Below are positions 18,892 through 28,337 of a stretch of DNA of 64,000 bases, piece after piece; the stretch's first letter is position 1, and each line of letters opens with the position of its first letter. A model generated the notes under the pieces. The model saw only the letters and a list, made by a program, of their open reading frames with translations. It was not told the origin of the DNA and searched no databases. Origin of the DNA: Nannocystaceae bacterium ST9 (GTDB taxonomy: Bacteria; Myxococcota_A; Polyangia; Nannocystales; Nannocystaceae); NCBI GenBank assembly GCA_048320885.1, contig JBLWFJ010000001.1, positions 5,825,697 to 5,889,696 on the forward strand, in the 5' to 3' direction. The translations under genes were made by a program, and so were the position numbers.

Positions 18892-20926
18892 GGCACGAGG
18901 CCATCGTCCGCCACATCGAAGCGGCCAGCCCAGAGCAGCTTCGGTTGCTCGCGCGGCTGGCCCTCGAGCTGGCGGGCTACCCGATCCCTCGCACGACCGA
19001 TGGCCCCTACGATGGAGGCATCGATCTGGTGGTCGAGACCGCTGCTGGCCGGGCCTGGCCGATGGCGGTGGCGGTGTCGGTCGAGAAAAACTGGCAGAGC
19101 AAGCTACGCAAGGACGTAGCCAAGGCCCGCCAGGATCCCAGCATCAAGAAGTTCTCTTCATCAGCTCGCGCCGGATCCCCGAGGGCACATTTCGGGCCGT
19201 CCAGCAGGAGCTCGAGGGCAGCTCGGGTCTCTCCGTCGATCGCCTCGATCAACAAGGGATCGCCGATCTCGTGATGGATGGCGAAGGCGCGTTGCCGAGG
19301 TTGCTGGACATTCTCGATCTGCCCACCTCCGACGGCCGAGTGCCCGCGACGCCGGAAGATCGCCGGCGGGATGCCATGTATGCGTATGCCTTTTTCGCGC
19401 CCGAGGTCCACGATTTCCGCAAGGCCATACGGGATCGCAGCCTCATCGTCGCGCTCGCGCAGGCGGGGGGCAGCGCCACCATTGGGGGTCTATGTGTCGA
19501 TGCGGCGCGGCTGCTCGGCATCGACGACAAAGACGCGATGAGCCTCCTGCACGACATCGACCGGCTTCGCCAGGTCGGTCGCATCCAAGGGCCCAATGGC
19601 ACGGTCGTGCTGGCCGCTGAAGAGCGCGAGACGATGGCAGCACTCGCGGCCTTGCGTCGGCGCGAGGAGGCAGCGCTGCGCGACCGACTCGAGGCCCACG
19701 TGGACAGCGCCGGGCTCGAGCCGCGCGAGGATGCGCTCGACGTGCTCTGGCAAGACCTCGGCCCGCTCTTGGCGCGACACATCGGCGCGCCCGAAGCCCT
19801 CGACCACCTTCGCTCGCGCGTGCGACGACTTCGGCGCGAGCTCGAGAGCCATGGCTTGCCCGCGGGTGAGCGCGGCAACCAATTCATCGCCGAAGCCATC
19901 GCGCTGGCGAGCGACTCCGAGCTAGGCAAGTCGTTGGCGACTGGCAGCGTCTATCAGGCGCTCGTGCGGCTCGACCGAAGCGCGCTGCTGCGGGCGCTCG
20001 ATGCTTCGTCGCTGGCGATCGTGGTCGACGCGTCGGTCGCGATACCGATGCTCTGTGCGCTCTTCCACGGAAGCGTGGAGCAGCGCTTCTTTCTCGTCGC
20101 CGAGGAATTTCACCGTCGGTCGCGACACGCAGGTGTCGCGCTGCAATTACCGGATGTCTGGCTGGAAGAGATGGCCTCGCACTTGCTCCGGGCGCCCGAC
20201 TATGAGCCATTCTTGGACGATCTGGATCTGCGTGATTCAGGCAATGCCTATGTTGCCTATTTCGTCGCATCACGGCGGGTCGACTTTGCCGACTACTTGG
20301 CTCAATTTGGATTGACGGAATCGCTCAGGCGTGACGTTCGCCCCGACACTCGACGTTCACTCGAGACCTTCTTGCGTCGTCAGCTCAGCCACTATGGGAT
20401 CGAGGTCGTCGCCACGGGCGGCGTTTCCAAACACCATCTCGAGCGAGCACAGCGAAGCTGGACATGGGCCTGTCACGATCTCGGTATCCTCGATCGCGCG
20501 ACGATCTTGGCCGAGCACGACGTCCGAGTGCTCGCATGGTCGTCTGCGAGTACCGAGCGGGATCCGAGCCGCGCACTCCTGATCGCCACTTGGGATCGCG
20601 CCATTCGTCGCGCGCATCCCGAGACGGACTCAGGTGGCGCGCTCGATCCGCTAGCGATCGGCGAGCTCCTGTCCTTCGTCGCGGGGGATCGTGCGCCCGC
20701 AATGACCGCTCGCTTTGCATCCTCGTGGCTCGGCGAGGCCGAGGCCGAGCGCGGCGCCAGGATCCTCGACGAGCTGGTCCACATCGAGCACGAGCACCTG
20801 TCGGACGCCCAGCTGGTCCGGCAAGCGCGAGCCTTCAAGCAGACCTACGTGCGCGAGCGAGAAGACCAGCCGAGCGCGAAGGCCCTGGGGCGGGCCTGGG
20901 AGACCTTCAAGCGCAAGCCAGCATGA
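18888..20926 (+). pseudogene. Mrr-like PD-(D/E)xK restriction-endonuclease-domain protein with a large C-terminal domain of unknown function; reading frame interrupted by a -1 frameshift near 19140-19150
   Basis: GTG 18888 opens frame 0: VRHEAIVRHIEAASPEQLRLLARLALELAGYPIPRTTDGPYDGGIDLVVETAAGRAWPMAVAVSVEKNWQSKLRKDVAKARQDPSIKK. This is the Mrr_cat-type D..D(GGIDL)..E.K core. The sensible continuation VLFISSRRIPEGTFRAVQQELEGSSGLSVDRLDQQGIADLV... and the remaining ~590 aa are in frame 2 (track ORF 18752..20926). Both frames are open across 18888-19274, so the exact shift site is undetermined. Confidence 0.55.
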
Positions 20927-21032
20927 CTACGGATGGGTGATCGAGCTCGAGCAGCGGCTGGCCGAGCACGTGTGAGGTCTGTCGTCGCGCGCGCCCTCGC
21001 GGGTCCGAGGGGCGTGTCGTAAGTGTCGGCCG

Positions 21033-23342
21033 ATGTTGATCCATCGCTTCGACGAGGTCGCCCGTGCTCGCCCCGACGACGTCGCGCTGGTGTCCTCGCG
21101 CGGCTCGCTGACCTACGCGCAATTGCGTGAGCGCGCGGCCGGCCTGGCTCGCGAGCTGCGGGCGAGGGGAGTCGGCCGCGAGACCCCGGTCGGCGTCGGG
21201 GTGCCGCGCTCGATCGAGTCGATGATCGCGGTGCTCGGCGTGCTGTGGGCCGGCGGGGCCTATGTCCCGATCGACCCGGTCTACCCGCCCGAGCGCCAGC
21301 GATCGATCGCCGCCGACGCCCAGATCGCCGTGCTGGTGATCGCCAGCGAGCTGGCCGGCGCGCCCGCGTGGGCGTCGTCGATCGTCGATCTCTCGCGGCT
21401 TCTCGATTCGACCCCCGGCTCGATCGCCGAGCCAGTCGAGCTGCCCGAGACCGCGCCCGAGGACCTGCTCAACATCCTGTTCACCTCGGGCAGCACCGGC
21501 CGCCCCAAGGGCGTGCTCGGGACCCACGCGGCCATGCTCAATCGGCTCGCGTGGGCCTGGTCGAGCTTCCCCTTCGCCGCCGGCGAGGTGCTCGGTCACC
21601 GCAGCTCGCTCAACTTCGTCGACGCCGGGCCCGAGATGTTCACCGCGCTGCTGCGCGGGGTCCCGACCGCGATCGTGCTGCACGACGAGCAGGCCGACCT
21701 CGGGCGCTTCGTCGCCGCGCTCGAGCAGCATCGCGTCTCGCGGCTGACCGTCGTGCCCTCGATCCTCGCCGCGCTGCTGCGCAGCGTGCCCGAGCTCGCC
21801 GCCCGGCTGGCTGCGCTGCGCCTGTGGATCACCAGCGGCGAAGAGCTCACGCTGCCGCTGCTGCGCCGGTTTCGCGAGGTGTTGCCGGGCGCGACGCTGC
21901 TCAACATCTACGGCTCGACCGAGGTCACCGGCGACGTCACCTGTGCGGTGTTCGAACCCGGCGCGCCGCTGCCGAGCGAGCGCGTGCCGATCGGCAAGCC
22001 GATGGCCGACGCCGAGCTGCTGGTCGTCGATCGCGAGGGCCACGTGCTGCCCGAGGGCGAGACCGGCGAGCTGTTCGCGGCCGGGCCGGTGCTCGCTCGC
22101 GGCTATCACCAGCGCCCGCTCGAGGAGGCGGTTCGCTTTCCTCGTCACCCGACCCGGCCGAGCGAGCGCTGCTTTCGAACCGGCGATCTGGTCCGCCGCG
22201 AGCCCGATGGATCGTTCCTGTTCCTCGGGCGCGTCGACAACCTGGTCAAGATCCTCGGCGTGCGGGTCGAGCTCGAAGAGATCGAGCGTTGCCTGCGAGC
22301 CGCCTGCCCGGCGTTGCGCGACATCGCGGCCGTGCTCGCCGAGGGCGAGCGCCTGGTCGCGTTCGTGACCCCCGAGGACGCCGACGTCGAGGCCCTGCGC
22401 GCGGCGGCGGCTCGACTCTTGCCCGCGGTCATGAACCCGGCCCGCTACCTGCCGATCGCCGCGCTCCCGCTGCTGCCCAACGGCAAGGTCGATCGCGGCG
22501 TGCTGGCGGCCCGCGTTCGGATCACGCCGCGCGACATCCCGGCCGAGCGGCGCCCGCAGACCGCCAGCGAGCGGCGGGTCGCCGCGCTCTGGGCCGGCCT
22601 GCTGCGCCGCGACGACATCGCCCGCGACGACAGCTTCGCCCGGCTCGGCGGCGACTCGCTGACCCTCGCCGAGCTGCTCGCCACGCTCGCCGATCCGCGC
22701 GTCGATCTCGGACTCGCGCGCGACGGCACGCTCGAGCAGATCGGGCTCGCGCTCGACGGCGTGACCACGAGCGAGCGCGCGAACGAGACCGCACTGGCGA
22801 TCACCCTCACGCCGCTCGGCGAGCCGGCGGCCAGCGACGACGAGGTCGTGGCGATGTTCGTCGAGGCCTCGGCCGACCCCGCGCTGTGTGCCAACACCGA
22901 GCTGCCCGGCAACATGGACCGCGAGCGCGCGCGCGACTACTGCCGCAACAGCGACGGCGTGGTCATTCGGCTCGAGGGCGTGCCGGTCGGCGCGGGCCTG
23001 ATCCAGCACCACCCCAACCTCGGCGAGGGTGTCGAGGTCCCGGCCGGCGCGGTCCAGCTCGACGAGTGGCTGCTGCCGCGCTGGCGCGGGCGAGGGATCC
23101 TCGGCGAGGCGGGAGCGTGGCCGCAGCTCTCGGCGTGGATGGCCGAGCGCTTCGACACCGAGGTCAGCGTGGTCTGGGCCGACCATGTCGCGATGCTGAC
23201 GATCCTGCGCGCGCGCGGGTACACCCGGGTCGGTCGGAGCTACTGGAAGAGCAGGCCGGAGGGGGATGGGACCGAGGGGTGGTGCGAGGTGTGGATCTAC
23301 GATCTTCGGCCGCACCGACGTTCGCAGATGATCCTTCGATGA
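21033..23342 (+). CDS. Stand-alone NRPS-like protein: adenylation domain, peptidyl-carrier (thiolation) domain and C-terminal GNAT-type N-acyltransferase-like domain
   Basis: Adenylation core motifs LNILFTSGSTGRPKGV (A3), FRTGDLV (A7), GRVDNLVKILGVRVELEEIE (A8), LPNGKVDR (A10). Carrier motif FARLGGDSLTLAEL. Last ~200 aa GNAT-like (...GVVIRLEGVPVGAGLIQHHP...WRGRGILGEAG...RARGYTRVG). No condensation or thioesterase domain. Confidence 0.75.
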   Translation: MLIHRFDEVARARPDDVALVSSRGSLTYAQLRERAAGLARELRARGVGRETPVGVGVPRSIESMIAVLGVLWAGGAYVPIDPVYPPERQRSIAADAQIAVLVIASELAGAPAWASSIVDLSRLLDSTPGSIAEPVELPETAPEDLLNILFTSGSTGRPKGVLGTHAAMLNRLAWAWSSFPFAAGEVLGHRSSLNFVDAGPEMFTALLRGVPTAIVLHDEQADLGRFVAALEQHRVSRLTVVPSILAALLRSVPELAARLAALRLWITSGEELTLPLLRRFREVLPGATLLNIYGSTEVTGDVTCAVFEPGAPLPSERVPIGKPMADAELLVVDREGHVLPEGETGELFAAGPVLARGYHQRPLEEAVRFPRHPTRPSERCFRTGDLVRREPDGSFLFLGRVDNLVKILGVRVELEEIERCLRAACPALRDIAAVLAEGERLVAFVTPEDADVEALRAAAARLLPAVMNPARYLPIAALPLLPNGKVDRGVLAARVRITPRDIPAERRPQTASERRVAALWAGLLRRDDIARDDSFARLGGDSLTLAELLATLADPRVDLGLARDGTLEQIGLALDGVTTSERANETALAITLTPLGEPAASDDEVVAMFVEASADPALCANTELPGNMDRERARDYCRNSDGVVIRLEGVPVGAGLIQHHPNLGEGVEVPAGAVQLDEWLLPRWRGRGILGEAGAWPQLSAWMAERFDTEVSVVWADHVAMLTILRARGYTRVGRSYWKSRPEGDGTEGWCEVWIYDLRPHRRSQMILR

Positions 23343-23584
23343 TGATCCTTCGCGGGTGATCACTCGTGGATCCTTCGCGGACGATCACTTGTACGGCGAA
23401 CGGGCTATGCGGTCGGAATCATGGCCCCGCTGCCGGGCTCGTCTCAATCCTTCGGAGGCTTCTGCTCGCCCTCCCGGTGCCATGATTCCGCCCGCGCGCC
23501 TTCGAATTCGCCGACGCTGCGCTCCGCCACTCACAGGGGACCGCAGCCTTGCTCGCAGTCCTGTTGGAGAGGTCCAAGGAGGGC

Positions 23585-24208
23585 TCAGCCGCCGTCGATC
23601 ACCTTGAATGCGGATCGGCGCTTCTGGGCGGTCTGTTCGGTGGAGGTGCCCTTGGCGGGCGGGGCTTCGGCGACTGGGGCTTCGGCGACTGGGGCTTCGG
23701 CGACCGGGGCTTCGGCGTCGTCCTCGTCCTCGGGCTCGCTCGCGTCTTCGACGGCGCGGATGCCTTGGGGCGGATCGATCGACTCGGGGCCACGCCGCTT
23801 GTGGCGACGCGAGCCTGGCTTGGCCTTCATGTCGTCGCGGACCTTGGTCAGCGCCGGATCGATCGTGGGCGCTTGCGGGACCCCGAACTCGTGGCGCAGC
23901 GAGGCGGGGATGTTGGTCGCGAACACCTGGCCGCGGCCGGTGGCACGATCGGCGACGACGTAGATGGCGGCCCAGGGGAAGATGCAGCGGGTGACGTAGC
24001 CGCCGAACGAGAGGTCGGCTTCGACGCCGAGCTTGGTGAACGCCAAGTCGAGCGGGTAGCCGGGGTCGAGATCGATGACCAGCCGCTCTTTCCACTTGTC
24101 GCGGACGAAGTCGGGACAGACCGCGTCGGGGTGGGTCACGTCGACGTGCAAGCGGGGGCAGAGGCTCTTCGCTCGGAGCGACTCGATCGCGGCTTGGATC
24201 GGCTTCAT
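23585..24208 (-). CDS. sspB: ClpXP adaptor SspB (stringent starvation protein B family) with AEAPV tandem repeats in the linker
   Basis: PRLHVDVTHPDAVCPDFVRDKWKERLVIDLDPGYPLDLAFTKLGVEADLSFGGYVTRCIFPWAAIYVVADRATGRGQVF aligns with the E. coli SspB substrate-binding domain. Acidic linker; C-terminal ClpX-binding tail RSAFKVIDGG. Track ORF 23385..24095(-) is an out-of-frame artefact. Confidence 0.75.
   Translation of the reverse strand: MKPIQAAIESLRAKSLCPRLHVDVTHPDAVCPDFVRDKWKERLVIDLDPGYPLDLAFTKLGVEADLSFGGYVTRCIFPWAAIYVVADRATGRGQVFATNIPASLRHEFGVPQAPTIDPALTKVRDDMKAKPGSRRHKRRGPESIDPPQGIRAVEDASEPEDEDDAEAPVAEAPVAEAPVAEAPPAKGTSTEQTAQKRRSAFKVIDGG
23661..23716. repeat. 15-bp tandem repeat (GGGGCTTCGGCGACT, ~3.7 copies) inside sspB, encoding (AEAPV)n
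   Basis: Direct reading of 23661-23716. It corresponds to AEAPVAEAPVAEAPVAEAPP in the minus-strand protein. Confidence 0.8.
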
Positions 24209-24341
24209 GGGCGAAGCAGACCCTAGCAGTCTTTTTTCGACGAGTCGCCGAATGCTCGCAACGTGATTTCGACCAATCGAGCGACTCGACTTATGTCGAA
24301 TCTACGTAATGCGCCGTTCAAAGCTACGAACGCAATAGGGA

Positions 24342-24417
24342 GGGCGGAATATGGGAATCGAACCCACCACCTCCTGAACCACAATCAGGCGCTCTAACCA
24401 AATGAGCTAATTCCGCC
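24342..24417 (-). tRNA. tRNA-His (anticodon GTG) with encoded G-1
   Basis: Reverse complement folds as G(-1)+GCGGAAT/ATTCCGC acceptor, D-arm GCTC-ATTTGGTTA-GAGC, anticodon arm CCTGA-TTGTGGT-TCAGG (GUG), T-arm GGTGG? region ...GGGTTCGATTCCC, discriminator C. The extra 5' G pairing with C73 is the tRNA-His hallmark. No CCA is encoded. Confidence 0.85.
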
Positions 24418-24525
24418 GTGAGGGGTGCTCATATAACACGCTCGGCATGGCCACGCCAGCCCGGCCGCGCGACAGACCTCACACACGTCGTTCGCTTGAC
24501 GAGAGGGGCCGCGGGCGGCTAGCCG

Positions 24526-25131
24526 TTGCCCGTGATCTACCCGGGCACCGAACTGCGCCTCGTGGACGAACAGACCGGCTACGGCGTGTTCGCGACTCGC
24601 TTCATCCCCGCCGGCACCGTGGTGTGGATGCACGACGAGCTCGATCAGGTCCTCACGCCCGCGCGCGTGGCCACGTTGCCCGAGGCGCTGCAGCGGCACG
24701 TCGAGCGCTACGCCTACGTCAACGCCGAGGGCAACCGCGTGCTGTGCTGGGATCACGGCCGCTACATGAACCATTCGTGCGAGCCGAGCGCGACGAGCAT
24801 CGGGACCTTGATGGAGATCGCGCGGCGCGACATCCATCCGGGCGATCAGCTGACCTGCGAGTATGGACTCGCGCACGTGATCGAGGGCTTCGAGTGCACC
24901 TGCGGCGCGCCCAACTGCCGAGGCAAGCTGCTGCCGACCGACATGCCCGAGGTCTGGCGCCGCTGGGATCGCGAGGCCGCCGAGGCGTTCGCGCTCGCGT
25001 TGAAGGTCGAGCAGCCGGTGCTCGCGGCCGCGCGCGCGACCGGGTCCGGCGCGTGGATCGTCGAGGCGATCCGCGAGCGACGGGCGATCGAGCTGCCCTC
25101 GTGGTCCGAGGGCGTGCCGGGCGGGGCCTGA
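24526..25131 (+). CDS. SET-domain protein (putative protein-lysine N-methyltransferase)
   Basis: GRYMNHSCEPS (NHSC pseudoknot motif), ...QLTCEYG..., and a post-SET Cys cluster ECTCGAPNCRG. Confidence 0.75.
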   Translation: MPVIYPGTELRLVDEQTGYGVFATRFIPAGTVVWMHDELDQVLTPARVATLPEALQRHVERYAYVNAEGNRVLCWDHGRYMNHSCEPSATSIGTLMEIARRDIHPGDQLTCEYGLAHVIEGFECTCGAPNCRGKLLPTDMPEVWRRWDREAAEAFALALKVEQPVLAAARATGSGAWIVEAIRERRAIELPSWSEGVPGGA

Positions 25132-25144
25132 GTCGCTCGGCCGC

Positions 25145-25726
25145 TCAGCGGCGCAGCGGCGATCGGATCACGAGCAGCGGATCGATCTCGCGATCGTCGA
25201 CGCGGACCTCGAGCGTGAGCGCCGAGCCCTCGACCAGGCCGAGCGCCGTCCCGCGTTGCACGGGCAGCCCGGGGTAGACCAGCGCGCTGCGCAGCGGCCA
25301 ATAGCGGCTGGTCGTTCGGCCGTGCTCGACCTCGATCTCGGTCGTGCCGTCGTCGCGGACCCGGGTCGATCGCACGGTGCCCTCGGCGATCGCGAGCACG
25401 AGCGCGTTCGGGTTGGTCGTGAATTCGAGCCGCGAGCGGGTGAACTCGCCGGAGGGCTCGAGCCGCCAACCGAACCACGCGCGCGGCGAGACGTCCTCGA
25501 GCGGCCAGTCGGCCCAGGCCTGCGGCGCGCTCGAGCTCGCGATCGGATCGAGCGCGCGGGGATCCGCGTCGGGTGTCGTCGGCGAGCCCGAACCCGCCTC
25601 GCCCGAGTCGAGCGCCTCGCCGGGTTCGAGCGCTCGCGATCCCTCGCAGCCGAGCCCGAGCCCGAGCCCGAGCGCCAGCAGCACGGCGAGCGCGACGGCT
25701 ATCCCGGGATCACGCACAGTCCGACG
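25145..25726 (-). CDS. LytM/M23-like lipoprotein with degenerate active site (likely non-catalytic, EnvC/NlpD-like)
   Basis: GTG start gives MRDPGIAVALAVLLALGLGLGLGC (lipobox). C-terminal ...IAEGTVRSTRVRDDGTTEIEVEHGRTTSRYWPLRSALVYPGLPVQRGTALGLVEGSALTLEVRVDDREIDP has the M23 beta-barrel pattern but lacks the HxH zinc ligands. Overlaps the upstream gene by ~28 nt; start is uncertain. Confidence 0.5.
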   Translation of the reverse strand, partial: RRTVRDPGIAVALAVLLALGLGLGLGCEGSRALEPGEALDSGEAGSGSPTTPDADPRALDPIASSSAPQAWADWPLEDVSPRAWFGWRLEPSGEFTRSRLEFTTNPNALVLAIAEGTVRSTRVRDDGTTEIEVEHGRTTSRYWPLRSALVYPGLPVQRGTALGLVEGSALTLEVRVDDREIDPLLVIRSPLRR

Positions 25727-26604
25727 GTCTCGTAGCCGGGCGGCGCGGTGCCGGCGTCGAAGTAGGCCACGCAGGCCTCGGGCGCGAGGCAGGGATCGGC
25801 CTCGCCGAGATCGCAAAACGGCGAGCAGCAGCGCGCCGCCGAGCAGCCGTCGAGCACCTCGGTCGCGGTGCACTGCAGGCCCGGCTTGCAGCTCTGGATC
25901 GTGAAGCACATGTCGCCGTCGTTGCCGAGCCCCTCGTCGTAGCCGGGCAGCGAGCAGACGAAGCCCTGGGTGCCGACACCATAACAGCCCAGCACTCCGT
26001 CGCAATCCTGCACGAGCGGATCGCAGTCGTCCTGGCAGAGCGGCAGCACGCCGTCGTTGAACGACACGCAGGTCGCGTCGGGCAGGCCATCCTCGCCGCA
26101 GTCCTGAGTCCCGGCGTCGCAGAACGCCAGGCACACGCCCTCGCCGGTCGAGCCCGAGGTCTTGGTCATGCAGAACAGGCCGACGTCGCAGTCGTCGTTG
26201 TCGGCGCTGCGCGTGCAGGGATCGCCGATCTGCTTGTCGCCGATCACCGGCACGCACTTGTTGGCGTCGACGCAGCAGTAGCCCTGCTCGACCACGTAGC
26301 CGGTGCACTTCTCGCCCTCGGGGCAGTCTTGCGCGGCCGGGTCACAGGTGTTGGTCGCTCCGCCGTCGGGCAGCTCGACGAAGGGGTTGCCCTCGTCGCT
26401 CGACGAGTCTTCGCCGGCGGACTCGGAGCCGAGGCTGCTCGCGTCGCTCGTGGCGGCGCTCGTGTCGGTGCTCGCGTCACCGAGCTCGTCTTGGCCCTCG
26501 GCCACCTGCTTGTCCCAGCAGCCGAGCAGCGCGAGCGTGGTCGCGAGCGCGAGTCGAACTGGTGATCGGGGCGGGGGATGAGGATCGCTCGTAATCGTGG
26601 TCAT
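25699..26604 (-). CDS. Cysteine-rich secreted lipoprotein with DxCxxGxxC-type repeats
   Basis: ATG 26604 gives MTTITSDPHPPPRSPVRLALATTLALLGCW (lipobox). A D/S/E-rich linker follows, then ~36 Cys in repeated CxxGxxC/DDCD patterns. It is the real C-terminal part of track ORF 25699..28023(-). Confidence 0.65.
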   Translation of the reverse strand: MTTITSDPHPPPRSPVRLALATTLALLGCWDKQVAEGQDELGDASTDTSAATSDASSLGSESAGEDSSSDEGNPFVELPDGGATNTCDPAAQDCPEGEKCTGYVVEQGYCCVDANKCVPVIGDKQIGDPCTRSADNDDCDVGLFCMTKTSGSTGEGVCLAFCDAGTQDCGEDGLPDATCVSFNDGVLPLCQDDCDPLVQDCDGVLGCYGVGTQGFVCSLPGYDEGLGNDGDMCFTIQSCKPGLQCTATEVLDGCSAARCCSPFCDLGEADPCLAPEACVAYFDAGTAPPGYETVGLCVIPG

Positions 26605-26805
26605 GGGGGGCTCCGAGTCGCCTGGCCAATCTACGCGAAACCTCGATGGAATCGTGATGGCGCGGGAGAGTCGCAAACCGGCCAGGTCGATGGCCTCCGG
26701 ACCTCGCCCCGCGACGCGCGAGATCGTCAACCCGTCCGCGTCCGCGCGCGGGGCCCCGCAGCGCCCTTGTGGGCCCACGAGGGGATCGTCTAAGCTTCTC
26801 GCGCC

Positions 26806-28323
26806 TTGAGCAACATCGAGCCCACGCCCTTCGGCGACAAGTATCTGCTCGTCGAGCACATCGCCACCGGCGGTATGGCGGAGGTCTATCGGGCCCAGTA
26901 CACGGGCATCGAAGGGTTCGCCAAGGAGCTGGTCGTCAAGCGGCTGCGCGAAGAGTTCGTCGAGCGGCCCGAGATCGTCCAGATGTTCCTCGACGAGGCT
27001 CGGGTCGCGGCCACGCTGACCCACAACAACGTCGTCCACACCTACGACCTCGGCGAGATCGATGGCGAGTACTTCATCGCCATGGAGCTGCTGATCGGCC
27101 AGGAGCTGGTCGCCGTCCTGCGTCGCGCCGGTGCGACCGGCACGATGGTCCCGCTCGACATCGGCCTCGGCATCGTCATGCAGGCGCTCGAGGGCCTGCA
27201 CTACGCCCACAGCCGCAACGACGAGAACGGCGAGCCGCTCGGGCTGGTCCACCGCGACATCAACCCGACCAACATCCACGTCGGCTACGACGGCCTGTGC
27301 AAGATCGTCGACTTCGGCATCGCGGCCACGCGGGCGTCGGCGGTCGGGCAGCGCGGGCCGGCTCAGTTCGCCGGCAAGCTCTCGTACATGGCGCCCGAGC
27401 AGATCTACGGCGAGCCGCTCGACGGCCGCGCCGACATCTTCGCGGTCGGCGTCATCCTCTACGAGATGTGCCTGGGCAAGCGGCTGTTTCGTGGCCGCGC
27501 CGACGAGGTCCGCGAGCGCATCTTGTCGGGCGACATCCCGGCGCCGACCTTCGTCGACCCCGAGTTTCCGCCCACGCTCGAGGCGATCATCATGCGCGCG
27601 CTCGAGCTCGAGGCCGGTGATCGCTTCCAGAATTGCGATCACATGTATCGCGAGCTCGAGGCCTTCATGCAGGAGGCCGGGCTGGTCGTCACGGCTCGCA
27701 AGATCAGCGGGTTCATGTCCGAGATGTTCGGCGAGGGGGCGCCCGCCGAGCTCAACTACGACGACCAGTACGACGACCTCACCGACGCGGCGCTCGACTT
27801 CGACGCGTTCGACTCGCTCGAAGGTGGCGCCGCCGCGCAAGACCACGACGAGCCCGATTGGGCCCGCCAGCTCGCCGACCCGGGCGCCTCGACCGGCGAG
27901 AAGCGCCGGCGCTCGATGACGCTCGGCAACCTCGAGGAGTTGGTCGCCGACATGAAGCGCGACGGCTCGGTCGAGGACTCGGGCGTCCGCAAGCGCGACC
28001 CCGGCAAGTCGTCGGGCAACCACCCGGTCGTCCAGGCCGCGCCCAAGCCCGAAGACTCGACCGGCAGCCGCAAGCGCGCGCGCCCGCGGGCCGCGGTCGG
28101 CCCGGCGACCGGCCCGGCGGCGACCCGCCCGACCGGCGGCCGCGCGGCGGCCCCCCGCACGACCATCTCCGCCGCCGCGATCGAGACCGGGATGACCGGC
28201 TCGTTCGGGCAGAGCGTGGTCACCGAGCAGACCAAGCGCGGCAACCCGCTGGTGTGGATCGCAGCGATCGTCATCCTCGGCGCGCTGGTCTACTTCGGCT
28301 ACACGATCTTGACGAGCAAGTGA
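26806..28323 (+). CDS. Ser/Thr protein kinase with C-terminal transmembrane anchor
   Basis: Hanks kinase subdomains: GGMAEVYRA (Gly loop), VVKRL (Lys), HRDINPTNI (catalytic loop), DFGIA (DFG), APE. C-terminal TM helix VWIAAIVILGALVYFGYTIL. Confidence 0.85.
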   Translation: MSNIEPTPFGDKYLLVEHIATGGMAEVYRAQYTGIEGFAKELVVKRLREEFVERPEIVQMFLDEARVAATLTHNNVVHTYDLGEIDGEYFIAMELLIGQELVAVLRRAGATGTMVPLDIGLGIVMQALEGLHYAHSRNDENGEPLGLVHRDINPTNIHVGYDGLCKIVDFGIAATRASAVGQRGPAQFAGKLSYMAPEQIYGEPLDGRADIFAVGVILYEMCLGKRLFRGRADEVRERILSGDIPAPTFVDPEFPPTLEAIIMRALELEAGDRFQNCDHMYRELEAFMQEAGLVVTARKISGFMSEMFGEGAPAELNYDDQYDDLTDAALDFDAFDSLEGGAAAQDHDEPDWARQLADPGASTGEKRRRSMTLGNLEELVADMKRDGSVEDSGVRKRDPGKSSGNHPVVQAAPKPEDSTGSRKRARPRAAVGPATGPAATRPTGGRAAAPRTTISAAAIETGMTGSFGQSVVTEQTKRGNPLVWIAAIVILGALVYFGYTILTSK

Positions 28324-28337
28324 GGACAGTCGATCGC

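Noticed and set aside
24209-24341. Rho-independent terminator for tRNA-His in the AT-richer spacer before sspB
   Set aside because: No GC hairpin followed by a T-tract on the minus strand. Only an A-run (GTCGAAAAAAGAC) is present.
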